This document shows, piece by piece, positions 56,403-64,000 of a stretch of 64,000 nt of DNA (position 1 is the first letter of the stretch; each line of letters opens with the position of its first letter). A model generated the notes under the pieces. That model made no database searches. It saw nothing but the letters and a program-made list of their open reading frames with translations, and had not been told where the DNA came from. Origin of the DNA: Acidobacteriota bacterium (GTDB lineage Bacteria > Aquificota > Aquificia > Aquificales > Aquificaceae); assembly GCA_003696155.1 (NCBI GenBank), contig RFFP01000003.1:10645-74644 (forward strand), read 5' to 3'. A program made the translations under genes and the position numbers.

Positions 56403-57695
56403 ATGCCCGTGTTATCCAAGGAGGAGATAGAGAAGTTCTATGAATTCTGTAAGAAGAGCATAAACACGGAGGTAGCCTCCTATTTGGAGGCTTGCGTGCG
56501 TTGTGGCATATGTGCGGAGGCTTGCCTTTTTTACATGGGCGTGAACGTCTCTGGCAGGATAGACCCGAGCCTCACGCCTGCTTACAAGGCAGATCTACTA
56601 AGGGAGATATACAAGGAGAACTATACCCTTTTTGGAAAGCTTAAAAAGCTCCTTGGCTTTGGTGTCAGAATAAGCCCTGAGGACCTAAGGGAGCAGGTAA
56701 AGCTTGTCTTCTACACATGCACCAACTGTGACCGTTGCACAAAGGCCTGCCCCATGGGTATAGATACACCGAAGCTGGTGAGCATAGTAAGGGGTGCACT
56801 CACTCATGCAGGTCTGACGCCCAAGGACCTTGCCAATGCCACCAACCTATCCATCGAAAAGGGTAGTCCCCTGGGTGTAGATATACCCACCTTCCTACAG
56901 AGGCTTGAGTTCATATCCGAGGAGTACGAGGTAGAGGTTCCCATAAACAAAAAGCCCTCCGATTACCTCTATCTTCCATCCTCCATAGAGCTTATGAAGT
57001 TTCCCTCATCGGTGGCTGCTGCAGTAAAGGTTCTAAACAGGACGGGTATAAACTGGACCATGTCCACGGTAGCCCACGAGGCTACAAACTTTGGACTCTT
57101 TGCCCAGAGTAAGGAGGTAACTAGGGAGATGTTAAGAAGGGTCCTCGAGGGGGCTAAGGAGCTGGGTGTAAGTTACATAATTACCCCAGAGTGTGGACAC
57201 GCCTACCAATCCATGAGGTTTATAGCACCCAACATCTTTCCTAAAGATTGGACCTTTGAGGTCCTGAACATAGTAGAGTTCATAGACAGGATGATAGATA
57301 AAGGTAGGATAAGCATAAAAAGGAAGGTCCTGAAGGAGAGGACAACCCTTCACGACTCCTGTCAGATTGGAAGGAGGGGAGGTGTCCTAAGAGAGTCAAG
57401 GAGAATACTTAAAATGTTAGCGGAAGACTTTCAGGATTCGGTACTCATTCCAGAGCATAACATATGCTGTGGTGGAGGGGGTGGTGTTCTGGTCATAGGT
57501 GAGGCTGACCAATACAGACAGAAGGCCTTCATATCCAAAATGACCCTCTTTGACAAGGTTGAGGCCAAGACCGTTGTATGCTACTGTGCTAACTGCATGC
57601 TTGCCCTAACAAAGGGAAACCAAGAGCTGGGAAGGGACTACAGATTTGTGAGCATAGTGGAGCTAGTTGCAGAGGCGATGGAGGGGGAAGAATGA
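56403..57695 (+). CDS. isp2: HdrD/DsrK-like iron-sulfur protein (Isp2)
   Basis: 430 aa. Two 4Fe-4S motifs (CVRCGICAEAC and CTNCDRCTKACP) and CCG-type Cys-rich repeats (ECGHAY..., CCGGGGG...CYCANC). Confidence 0.75.
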   Translation: MPVLSKEEIEKFYEFCKKSINTEVASYLEACVRCGICAEACLFYMGVNVSGRIDPSLTPAYKADLLREIYKENYTLFGKLKKLLGFGVRISPEDLREQVKLVFYTCTNCDRCTKACPMGIDTPKLVSIVRGALTHAGLTPKDLANATNLSIEKGSPLGVDIPTFLQRLEFISEEYEVEVPINKKPSDYLYLPSSIELMKFPSSVAAAVKVLNRTGINWTMSTVAHEATNFGLFAQSKEVTREMLRRVLEGAKELGVSYIITPECGHAYQSMRFIAPNIFPKDWTFEVLNIVEFIDRMIDKGRISIKRKVLKERTTLHDSCQIGRRGGVLRESRRILKMLAEDFQDSVLIPEHNICCGGGGGVLVIGEADQYRQKAFISKMTLFDKVEAKTVVCYCANCMLALTKGNQELGRDYRFVSIVELVAEAMEGEE

Positions 57696-59347
57696 GAAGG
57701 CTTGTTATAGACCCAGCGGTTAGGGTAAAGGGACATCTAAGAGTAGAGTTGGAGCTTGAGGGGAAAAGGGTGAAGGGAGCCTATCTGTCTGGAACTATGG
57801 TAAGGGGCATAGAGCTCATATTGGAGGGGAGGGACCCAAGGGAAGCATGGGCCTTTGCTCAGAGAATATGTGGTGTTTGTGACGTGGCACAGGCTTTAGC
57901 ATCTCTGAGGGCTGTGGAGAATGCCCTGAGGATACCCGTGCCAAGAAACGCATCCCTTATGAGGAAGCTTATGCTCGGAACGCTCATCGTTAAAAACCAC
58001 GTAACCCACTTTTACCATATGTGCATCCCCGACTGGGTGAGCGTGCCCTCTGCGCTTAAGGCCAACCCAGAGGATACCTCCGAACTTTCAAAGCGCGTCT
58101 CCAACTACGAAAAGTCATCCCCCTCTTACTTTAGGGAAATCCAAGAGAGGCTCCGCAGGTTGGCAAGCAAGGAGAACCTTGTGGACCACCCAGACCTAAG
58201 ATTGCCCCCAGAGGCAAACCTTCTGCTCCTTGCCCATTACGTGGAAGCCCTTAACTGGCGGTCTCAGGTGGTTCAGGTTCATACAATCCTAGGTGGCAAA
58301 AGCCCCCATCCCAACCTAGTGGTGGGTGGTATGCCCCTACCCGTAGACCTCAGCAGTGGCACGGCTATAAACATGGAAAAGCTAGGCAGGTTAAAGAGCC
58401 TGATAGATAATATGATCAGCTTTGTGGAGAAGGTGTACGTCCCAGACCTTATGCTCCTTTCCTCTTTCTACAGAGATTGGTTTGAGGTAGGGGAAGGGTT
58501 AGGAAACTTCTTGGTGCTTGGTGAGCCGGTAGGGGAAAATCACTCCGAGGGTAAGTTTTTCATACCGCCAGCCTTTATAAGTGGTAGGAGGGTGGAAGAG
58601 CCAGAGCCTGTAGACTATTCAAAGATAGAAGAGTACATAGCCCACAGTTGGTACAGCTATTCTGCTGAAGGTAAAGAGGCCCTTAACCCTTTCGAAGGTG
58701 AGACCCGCCTTAGTTATACAGGACCAAAACCGCCCTATGAGCATCTTAACGTGGAGGGCAAGTACAGCTGGGTAAAGGCACCAAGGTATGGAGGGCTGCC
58801 AGCAGAGGTTGGACCCCTTGCCCGAACCTTGGTCCTCTATTCGGTAGACCTTCACGGCATGAGAGATATAGTAAACATACACCTCTCCAAGCTTAACCTA
58901 CCCTTCCAAGCCCTGTATTCGACTATGGGAAGAAACCTATCCAGAGGCTTAGAATCTTTACTTTATGTCCATGCTATGAAGGGATGGTATGGAGAACTTT
59001 TAGGGAACGTAAGGGCAGGAGATACAAGGACTTTTGAAGGGAAAAGGTGGGAACCCTCGAGCTGGCCAAGGGAAGCTAGTGGCTTAGGTGTGGTAGAGGC
59101 TCCAGGCGGTTCTCTGTCCCACTGGGTTAGGATAAGGCATGGCAAGGTATCCAGATATCAGGTTGTGGATGCGAGCGCTTGGAACTGCTCTCCAAGGGAT
59201 GCGATGAAGCAACCATCACCCTGTGAGGCTTCCCTTTTGGACCACGAGCTGATAAGCTTAGAGGAGCCCATCGAGGTACTGAGAACCTTACACTCCTTTG
59301 ACCCATGCCTTAACTGTGCAGTGCATCTTTACGAGACTTATATTTAA
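57692..59347 (+). CDS. hynL: [NiFe] hydrogenase large subunit
   Basis: 551 aa. N-terminal Ni-Fe ligand motif RICGVCDVAQALAS and C-terminal motif DPCLNCAVH, followed by only 6 residues (LYETYI). Confidence 0.9.
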   Translation: MRRLVIDPAVRVKGHLRVELELEGKRVKGAYLSGTMVRGIELILEGRDPREAWAFAQRICGVCDVAQALASLRAVENALRIPVPRNASLMRKLMLGTLIVKNHVTHFYHMCIPDWVSVPSALKANPEDTSELSKRVSNYEKSSPSYFREIQERLRRLASKENLVDHPDLRLPPEANLLLLAHYVEALNWRSQVVQVHTILGGKSPHPNLVVGGMPLPVDLSSGTAINMEKLGRLKSLIDNMISFVEKVYVPDLMLLSSFYRDWFEVGEGLGNFLVLGEPVGENHSEGKFFIPPAFISGRRVEEPEPVDYSKIEEYIAHSWYSYSAEGKEALNPFEGETRLSYTGPKPPYEHLNVEGKYSWVKAPRYGGLPAEVGPLARTLVLYSVDLHGMRDIVNIHLSKLNLPFQALYSTMGRNLSRGLESLLYVHAMKGWYGELLGNVRAGDTRTFEGKRWEPSSWPREASGLGVVEAPGGSLSHWVRIRHGKVSRYQVVDASAWNCSPRDAMKQPSPCEASLLDHELISLEEPIEVLRTLHSFDPCLNCAVHLYETYI

Positions 59348-59352
59348 AAGGT

Positions 59353-60795
59353 ATGGGCCTAAAGGAAAGCCTCCTTAAGGTCGCTGAGTTTGTTTACAAA
59401 CTTCCCGAATACACCCTACAGGGGCAGAGGGTACCCGTCTATTTCTACCTGAGCGATAGGCTTTTGGAGCTTCTTGAAGAGGATGCCATAAGGCAAGCTG
59501 CAAACGCCGCAACCCTTCCCGGCGTGGAGAAGGCCATATACGTTATGCCCGATGTGCATGTAGGCTATGGCTTCCCAGTGGGTGGAGTTATGGCAACGGA
59601 CTTGGAGGGGGGTATAATAAGCCCGGGCTCCATCGGTTATGACATAAACTGCGGTGTGAGGCTTATAGCCACAAAGCTCACTGTAGAGCAGTTGGTCCCC
59701 GTAAGAAGGGAGCTCATGCAGGAAATCCTAAGGAGCGTCCCAGCAGGTGTGGGCTCCACAGGAAGGTTGAAGCTGTCCAAGGAGGAGCTCTCCGAGGTTG
59801 CCCGCAAGGGTGCAAGGTGGGCAATAGAGAGGGGTTTTGGCTTTGAGGAGGACCTTCAGCACATAGAGAGCTTTGGTGCTCTACCCGGTGCGGACCCTTC
59901 TAAAGTTTCAGATTTTGCCTTTCAAAGGGGCTCCCATGAACTTGGTACGGTTGGTTCTGGAAACCACTTTGTAGAGGTACAGTATGTGGATGAAATATAC
60001 GACGAGGACATAGCCAAGAAGCTTGGGCTTGAGCTAGGTCAGGTAACCCTTATGGTTCACTCAGGCTCTAGGGGCTTTGGTCATCAGGTGTGCGTGGACT
60101 ATCTAAAAACCGCAAAGGATGCTCTAAAAAAATACAACATAGATATACCGGATATGCAACTTGCCTGCATGCCCTTCTCCTCTTCAGAGGGTCAGGACTA
60201 CTTTAAGGCAATGAACTCGGCGGCCAACTACGCTTTTGCCAACAGGCAGATACTCGGATACCTGACCGCAGACACGGTTAGAAGGTTTCTTAACCTCAGC
60301 TGGGAAGAGCTTGGCTACAGACTCATATACGACCTTGCCCACAACATAGGTAAGGTAGAGGAACATAAGGTGGACGGAAGGAGAAAAAAGGTCCTCGTCC
60401 ATAGAAAGGGTGCTACAAGAGCCTTTCCACCCTACAATCCGGACGTTCCACCTGCCTACAGAGACATAGGCCAGCCCGTGCTCATACCGGGCGATGTGGG
60501 CAGATACTCCTTCTTGCTTGTGGGACAAAGCGGTAGCATGGACATGAGCTTTGGTAGTGCCTGTCACGGCGCGGGAAGGCTCATGTCTAGGACAAAAGCA
60601 AAGGAGTATGTGAGGAAGGAAGGCTTAGAAAAGGTGCTCGGTGACCTTGTAGTGGTTGCAAGGGGGAAGGGCACAGTCGCAGAAGAGATTCCACAAGCCT
60701 ACAAGGACGTCTCTGAGGTGGCAAGGGTGGTAGACGCCTTAGATATAGCCAAATTAGTCTTAAGATTAAAACCCTTAGGAACTTTAAAGGGATAG
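59353..60795 (+). CDS. rtcB: RNA 3'-phosphate/5'-OH ligase RtcB
   Basis: 480 aa. GYDINCGVR, GSGNHFVE, HSGSRGFGHQ, CHGAGR. Confidence 0.92.
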   Translation: MGLKESLLKVAEFVYKLPEYTLQGQRVPVYFYLSDRLLELLEEDAIRQAANAATLPGVEKAIYVMPDVHVGYGFPVGGVMATDLEGGIISPGSIGYDINCGVRLIATKLTVEQLVPVRRELMQEILRSVPAGVGSTGRLKLSKEELSEVARKGARWAIERGFGFEEDLQHIESFGALPGADPSKVSDFAFQRGSHELGTVGSGNHFVEVQYVDEIYDEDIAKKLGLELGQVTLMVHSGSRGFGHQVCVDYLKTAKDALKKYNIDIPDMQLACMPFSSSEGQDYFKAMNSAANYAFANRQILGYLTADTVRRFLNLSWEELGYRLIYDLAHNIGKVEEHKVDGRRKKVLVHRKGATRAFPPYNPDVPPAYRDIGQPVLIPGDVGRYSFLLVGQSGSMDMSFGSACHGAGRLMSRTKAKEYVRKEGLEKVLGDLVVVARGKGTVAEEIPQAYKDVSEVARVVDALDIAKLVLRLKPLGTLKG

Positions 60796-60824
60796 TGCTA
60801 TAATTAGACATTCTGGAGGATGTA

Positions 60825-62402
60825 ATGGGTGAATTTGAAAAGCTCCTTGAAGAAAGCCTTGAGCTTAAAGAAATAAGAAGGGGAGAGGTGATAAAGTGTA
60901 AGGTTGTTAAGTTGGATGATAGGAATGTTTACGTAGATATAGGGTACAAGGTGGAGGGTATAATTCCAAGGGATGAGCTACCAGATGCAAAAGTAGGTGA
61001 TGAAATAAAGGCAACTGTGGTAAGGTTTACAAAGGGAGGGTCTCCACTGCTATCCTACAGGAAATACATGGAAGAGCGGTTTATCGGTTTTCTTAGAAAT
61101 GCCTTTGAAAAGGGGAGGTTTATAACGGGAACCGTAGTCGGTAAGTCTGAAGAGGGCTATCTCGTTGATATAAGCGGGCTTAGGGCACTTCTGCCCTACA
61201 AGGAGGCCATGAAAAACCTCAAAGAAGGCAGGAAGGTGGTAGTTAAGATAACAAAGTTGGAAAGGGAAGAGGGCAAGTTAAAGGTAACTTTGAGCCAGAG
61301 GGATTATATAAGGAGAAAAGAGGAGAGGAAGAAAGAGAGGATACTCTCCAAGCTAAAGGTGGGTGACGTGGTGGAGGGCAAGGTTATAAAGATAGACCCA
61401 GACAAGGGTATAACCCTGCTCATAGGGGGTGTTCTGAGAGCTTTTCTACCTTTGGAAGAGCTCAGCTGGAGTAGGGACAGAAACCCCTATAACTATGCAG
61501 AGATAGACGAGAGGCTGAGGGTAAAGGTAAAGAGGATACCCAAGGATGGACAGTTCGTGTTCGTGAGTCTAAGGGATATGAAGGAAAACCCATGGGAAAA
61601 GGTGAAGGAAAGCCTGCAAAAGGGTCAGAAGGTGAGTGGAAAGGTAGTTGAGGTCAACGATAAGGGTCTGGTTGTTGAGGTCATGGAAGGAGTGGAGGGT
61701 TTTGTCCCGAAGGATGAGGTCTCCTACGATGGTACCACCTACAGAAAGGGGGACAAGGTCTCCGCTCAGGTATTAGAAGTTGACCCCAGCAGAAAAAAGC
61801 TCATACTTAGCATAAAGAGGACACTGCCCAAACCATGGGAGGAGTATACAAAGGAAAACCCCGTAGGCAGTAGGGTATTTGGGAAGGTGGAGAGGATAGA
61901 GGGAGCCAGGGCTTTCGTCGACCTTGGGAAGGGTGTGGTGGGTGTGATACATAGGATCGACCTATCTTGGTTAAAGCCCGGCAGGATAGAAGATGTTCTA
62001 AAGGTTGGAGAGTTGCGGGAGTTTGCAGTTCTTGGTCTTGATGGGAAGTACGTGAAACTCGGCTTAAAGCAGCTAACAGAAAACCCATGGGATAAGGTGC
62101 TAAAGAACTATAAGGTGGGAGATAAGGTCAAACTTACTGTTAAGTCAGTCCATCCCTTCGGAGCCTTTCTGCAGTTTCCTGAGGGTTTGGACGGTCTTTT
62201 GCCCATATCGGAGATACCCAAGGGTGTTAAGTTAGAGGATAAGCAAGAGGTAGAGGTCAGGATAATAGAGCTCTCTCAGGAGAAGATAACCTTGAGCATG
62301 AAGGAAGAGGAGAAGAGGGAGGACGAGGATATTATAAAAAGTGTGGGTTCTGATAAGGGCTTTACGCTGGGGGATATCTTCAAGAAAAAGATAAAGATGT
62401 AG
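60825..62402 (+). CDS. rpsA: 30S ribosomal protein S1
   Basis: 525 aa with six S1 (OB) repeats (for example GEVIKCKVV, GDVVEGKVIK, GQKVSGKVVE, GSRVFGKVER, GDKVKLTVKS). TATAAT at 60799-60804 and a GGAGGA SD upstream. Confidence 0.9.
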   Translation: MGEFEKLLEESLELKEIRRGEVIKCKVVKLDDRNVYVDIGYKVEGIIPRDELPDAKVGDEIKATVVRFTKGGSPLLSYRKYMEERFIGFLRNAFEKGRFITGTVVGKSEEGYLVDISGLRALLPYKEAMKNLKEGRKVVVKITKLEREEGKLKVTLSQRDYIRRKEERKKERILSKLKVGDVVEGKVIKIDPDKGITLLIGGVLRAFLPLEELSWSRDRNPYNYAEIDERLRVKVKRIPKDGQFVFVSLRDMKENPWEKVKESLQKGQKVSGKVVEVNDKGLVVEVMEGVEGFVPKDEVSYDGTTYRKGDKVSAQVLEVDPSRKKLILSIKRTLPKPWEEYTKENPVGSRVFGKVERIEGARAFVDLGKGVVGVIHRIDLSWLKPGRIEDVLKVGELREFAVLGLDGKYVKLGLKQLTENPWDKVLKNYKVGDKVKLTVKSVHPFGAFLQFPEGLDGLLPISEIPKGVKLEDKQEVEVRIIELSQEKITLSMKEEEKREDEDIIKSVGSDKGFTLGDIFKKKIKM

Positions 62403-62403
62403 T

Positions 62404-62673
62404 ATGACAAAGAAGGAGCTTTTACACAGACTTGTGGAGAGGGATTTTTATTCCTCTATGGGTTTAGAGTGGTCCAAGAGGAAGGTCTACAGCATGATTA
62501 ACTTCCTGCTTGGGCAGATGAAAGAGGCTATACTGCATGAAGGTGAGCTCAAGGTTTCTGGGTTTGGTAGGTTTAAGTTAAAAAAGGCCTCACACGGACA
62601 TCGTATAAGCTTCAAACCCAGTAAAAAGCTCCTCTGTAGGTTGAACTCAGGGCTTAAAAGGACTAGAATATAG
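62404..62673 (+). CDS. HU/IHF-family DNA-binding protein
   Basis: 89 aa. MTKKELL..., and the beta-arm region SGFGRFKLKK...ISFKPSKKL. Confidence 0.8.
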   Translation: MTKKELLHRLVERDFYSSMGLEWSKRKVYSMINFLLGQMKEAILHEGELKVSGFGRFKLKKASHGHRISFKPSKKLLCRLNSGLKRTRI

Positions 62674-62680
62674 TTAGGCA

Positions 62681-62753
62681 CGGGGTGTGGCGCAGGCGGC
62701 AGCGCGCTGGCATGGGGGGCCAGAGGTCACGGGTTCAAGTCCCGTCACCCCGA
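62681..62753 (+). tRNA. tRNA-Pro (anticodon GGG), 73 nt, no encoded CCA
   Basis: Hand-folded: acceptor CGGGGTG/CACCCCG, D arm GCGC-AGGCGGCA-GCGC, anticodon arm CTGGC-ATGGGGG-GCCAG with G37, T arm ACGGG-TTCAAGT-CCCGT, discriminator A. Confidence 0.85.
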
Positions 62754-62784
62754 TACTCTAAAAAAACGAGCGGAGGTGTATAAG

Positions 62785-63417
62785 ATGATTATAGCTAAGC
62801 CTGTGGAGCACGACCTCGATTCTCTGGTACTCAGGGTCTTTCTAAAGTCCATAGACGTACTGGGTGGTCTTTCTAGGCTCATGGAGTACAGAACCTTAAC
62901 CTGGCTTCCCTCTCTGGCAAGGGCGGTTTACTGCGTGGTCCTCAGAGAAGAGTATTTTAAGACAGAGAGGGAAATAGCGGAAAAGGTGGGCTTGACCCTT
63001 CAAACGGTCAGAAACATACTCAGAGCAGAGACTCAGGCGGTCATGGAGAAGCTTAAGAGTATAGATTTCATGGAAGAGGAAAAGAAGGAGCTAAAGCTTC
63101 ACACGGCTGGTGGCATTGCCAAGCTTGCCTACAAACTTGTAAAGGAAGGGCAGGAGGAGCCTAAGGTCTTCTTAGATTACTGTGAAAGGGTAGCTTACGC
63201 TCTTGATATACCTTGGGCTTATATGGTGCTGAGGAGGATAAGGGGTATGGACTTTCCCATTAACTCCGCTCAGGAGCTTGGAGAGAGGGTAGAAGGGATT
63301 TACATAAAGGGTAGGGCCGCAAAAGAGGTGGTGCAGGAGCTTGACTACCCCGTTAAGAACCCCTCAGAGCTTCTGCATAAGATAAAAGAAAACTTGAAGA
63401 TGCACGGACTTGAGTAG
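62785..63417 (+). CDS. hypothetical protein with a central HTH-like segment
   Basis: About 210 aa. ATG 62785 lies 6 nt after GGAGGTG. TEREIAEKVGLTLQTVRNILR looks like a helix-turn-helix. I recognise no family. Confidence 0.45.
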   Translation: MIIAKPVEHDLDSLVLRVFLKSIDVLGGLSRLMEYRTLTWLPSLARAVYCVVLREEYFKTEREIAEKVGLTLQTVRNILRAETQAVMEKLKSIDFMEEEKKELKLHTAGGIAKLAYKLVKEGQEEPKVFLDYCERVAYALDIPWAYMVLRRIRGMDFPINSAQELGERVEGIYIKGRAAKEVVQELDYPVKNPSELLHKIKENLKMHGLE

Positions 63418-64000
63418 ATGGGGGTCGTCTACCTCTTTAAGAGGGATCTAAGACTTCACGACAACAGAGGATTGGCCAAAGCTGCAGAACTTTCTAAGGA
63501 GTTTCTTCCCCTTTTCATCTTTGACAGGGAGATAATTGGGGAGCTACGAGCGGAGGGAGAGAGGCTCCAATACGTGTTCAGAGCGGTTAAGTCTCTCTCT
63601 TCAAGGATAAAGCTATATTGTTTTTACGATAGCACGGAAAGAGCCCTTAGGGAGGTTTTTAGAGTTTACAGACCTAAGTTTTTTATCACCACCGCATCCT
63701 ACAGCTGGAGTGGCAGGGAGAGAAACGAGCTAATAAAAAGGGTATGCAAAGAGTACGGTGTGGAGTTGGTTGAGGTGCTGGAAAACTTTCTAGTGAACCC
63801 AGAGGAGGTGCCACAGAGGAAGGTCTACACACCCTTTTACAAGGAGTGGTCAAAGGGGATAGACTTAAGAGATATAGGGTCCTTGGACTTTGTAGTTCCC
63901 GAGCTCCCACTGCCTACCCTAAAGGACATAGAGGGAAGCCTACCCCTAAGGGAGTACGGTAGCTTTAGCCCCGAAGAGTGTAAAAATAGGCTAAAGAGCT
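63418..64000 (+). CDS. phr: deoxyribodipyrimidine photolyase / cryptochrome family, N-terminal part (runs off the right edge)
   Basis: Absent from the ORF track because it is open at the edge. My translation from ATG 63418 (immediately after the upstream TAG): MGVVYLFKRDLRLHDNRGLAKAAELSKEFLPLFIFD...KVYTPFYKEW. The DLRLxDN and TPFxKxW motifs are typical of the photolyase N-terminal domain. Confidence 0.8.
   Translation, partial: MGVVYLFKRDLRLHDNRGLAKAAELSKEFLPLFIFDREIIGELRAEGERLQYVFRAVKSLSSRIKLYCFYDSTERALREVFRVYRPKFFITTASYSWSGRERNELIKRVCKEYGVELVEVLENFLVNPEEVPQRKVYTPFYKEWSKGIDLRDIGSLDFVVPELPLPTLKDIEGSLPLREYGSFSPEECKNRLKS

Noticed and set aside
57692-59347. Selenocysteine ([NiFeSe]) or programmed recoding in the hydrogenase large subunit or the NuoG/Fdh-like protein
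   Set aside because: Both reading frames are uninterrupted. The C-terminal motif is DPCLNCAVH, with Cys at the position that would be Sec. There is no in-frame TGA.
2887-62753. Genomic island, integrase, IS element, CRISPR array or prophage associated with the three tRNA genes or elsewhere
   Set aside because: There are no integrase, transposase or Cas-like ORFs, and I could see no direct-repeat arrays or duplicated tRNA 3' halves. The genes flanking the tRNAs are housekeeping genes. Composition appears uniform by eye.

Overview
Gene-dense (>90% coding) chromosomal segment that looks like an Aquificaceae-type hyperthermophilic hydrogen oxidiser. Three things support this: a 1140-aa reverse gyrase, a small cytochrome c that is (from memory) nearly identical to Hydrogenobacter thermophilus cytochrome c-552, and an Isp-type [NiFe] hydrogenase operon (small subunit, cytochrome b, HdrD-like protein, large subunit). 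I can support about 70 protein genes, 3 tRNAs (Lys-CTT, Val-CAC, Pro-GGG), one decayed gene fragment and a few promoter or leader elements. I saw no rRNA, CRISPR array, transposase, integrase or prophage-like genes. Most genes are housekeeping: purine, pyrimidine, Trp, Arg and Ser biosynthesis, isoprenoid genes ispG and dxs, nadA, coaBC, the rpsF-ssb-rpsR-rplI cluster, rpsA, lysS, der, truA, ybeY/phoH, murI, lpxK and fabD. They sit in tightly packed, functionally mixed transcription units.

I found no clear-cut undescribed multi-gene system. The best candidates for follow-up are:
- A translationally coupled module on the minus strand: a DeoR-HTH regulator with a TRASH-spaced Cys motif, a Cys-rich sensor GGDEF cyclase and a NuoG-like Fe-S protein, directly upstream of the anaerobic RNR genes nrdDG.
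- A LonC-type (Walker-degenerate) Lon-like protease followed by a Trp-rich 80-aa ORF.
- An archaeal-style Hel308/Ski2-like helicase overlapping rbfA and a small conserved ORF.
- A frameshifted, truncated PhnD-like binding-protein remnant abutting a Cache/PAS/GGDEF sensor.
- Genome-architecture oddities: TATAAT boxes 7-13 nt from start codons, divergent start codons 3 nt apart, convergent genes overlapping by up to 84 nt, and a tRNA overlapped by coding sequence on both sides.

All calls rest on reading the supplied translations and the DNA by eye. No database search was run.
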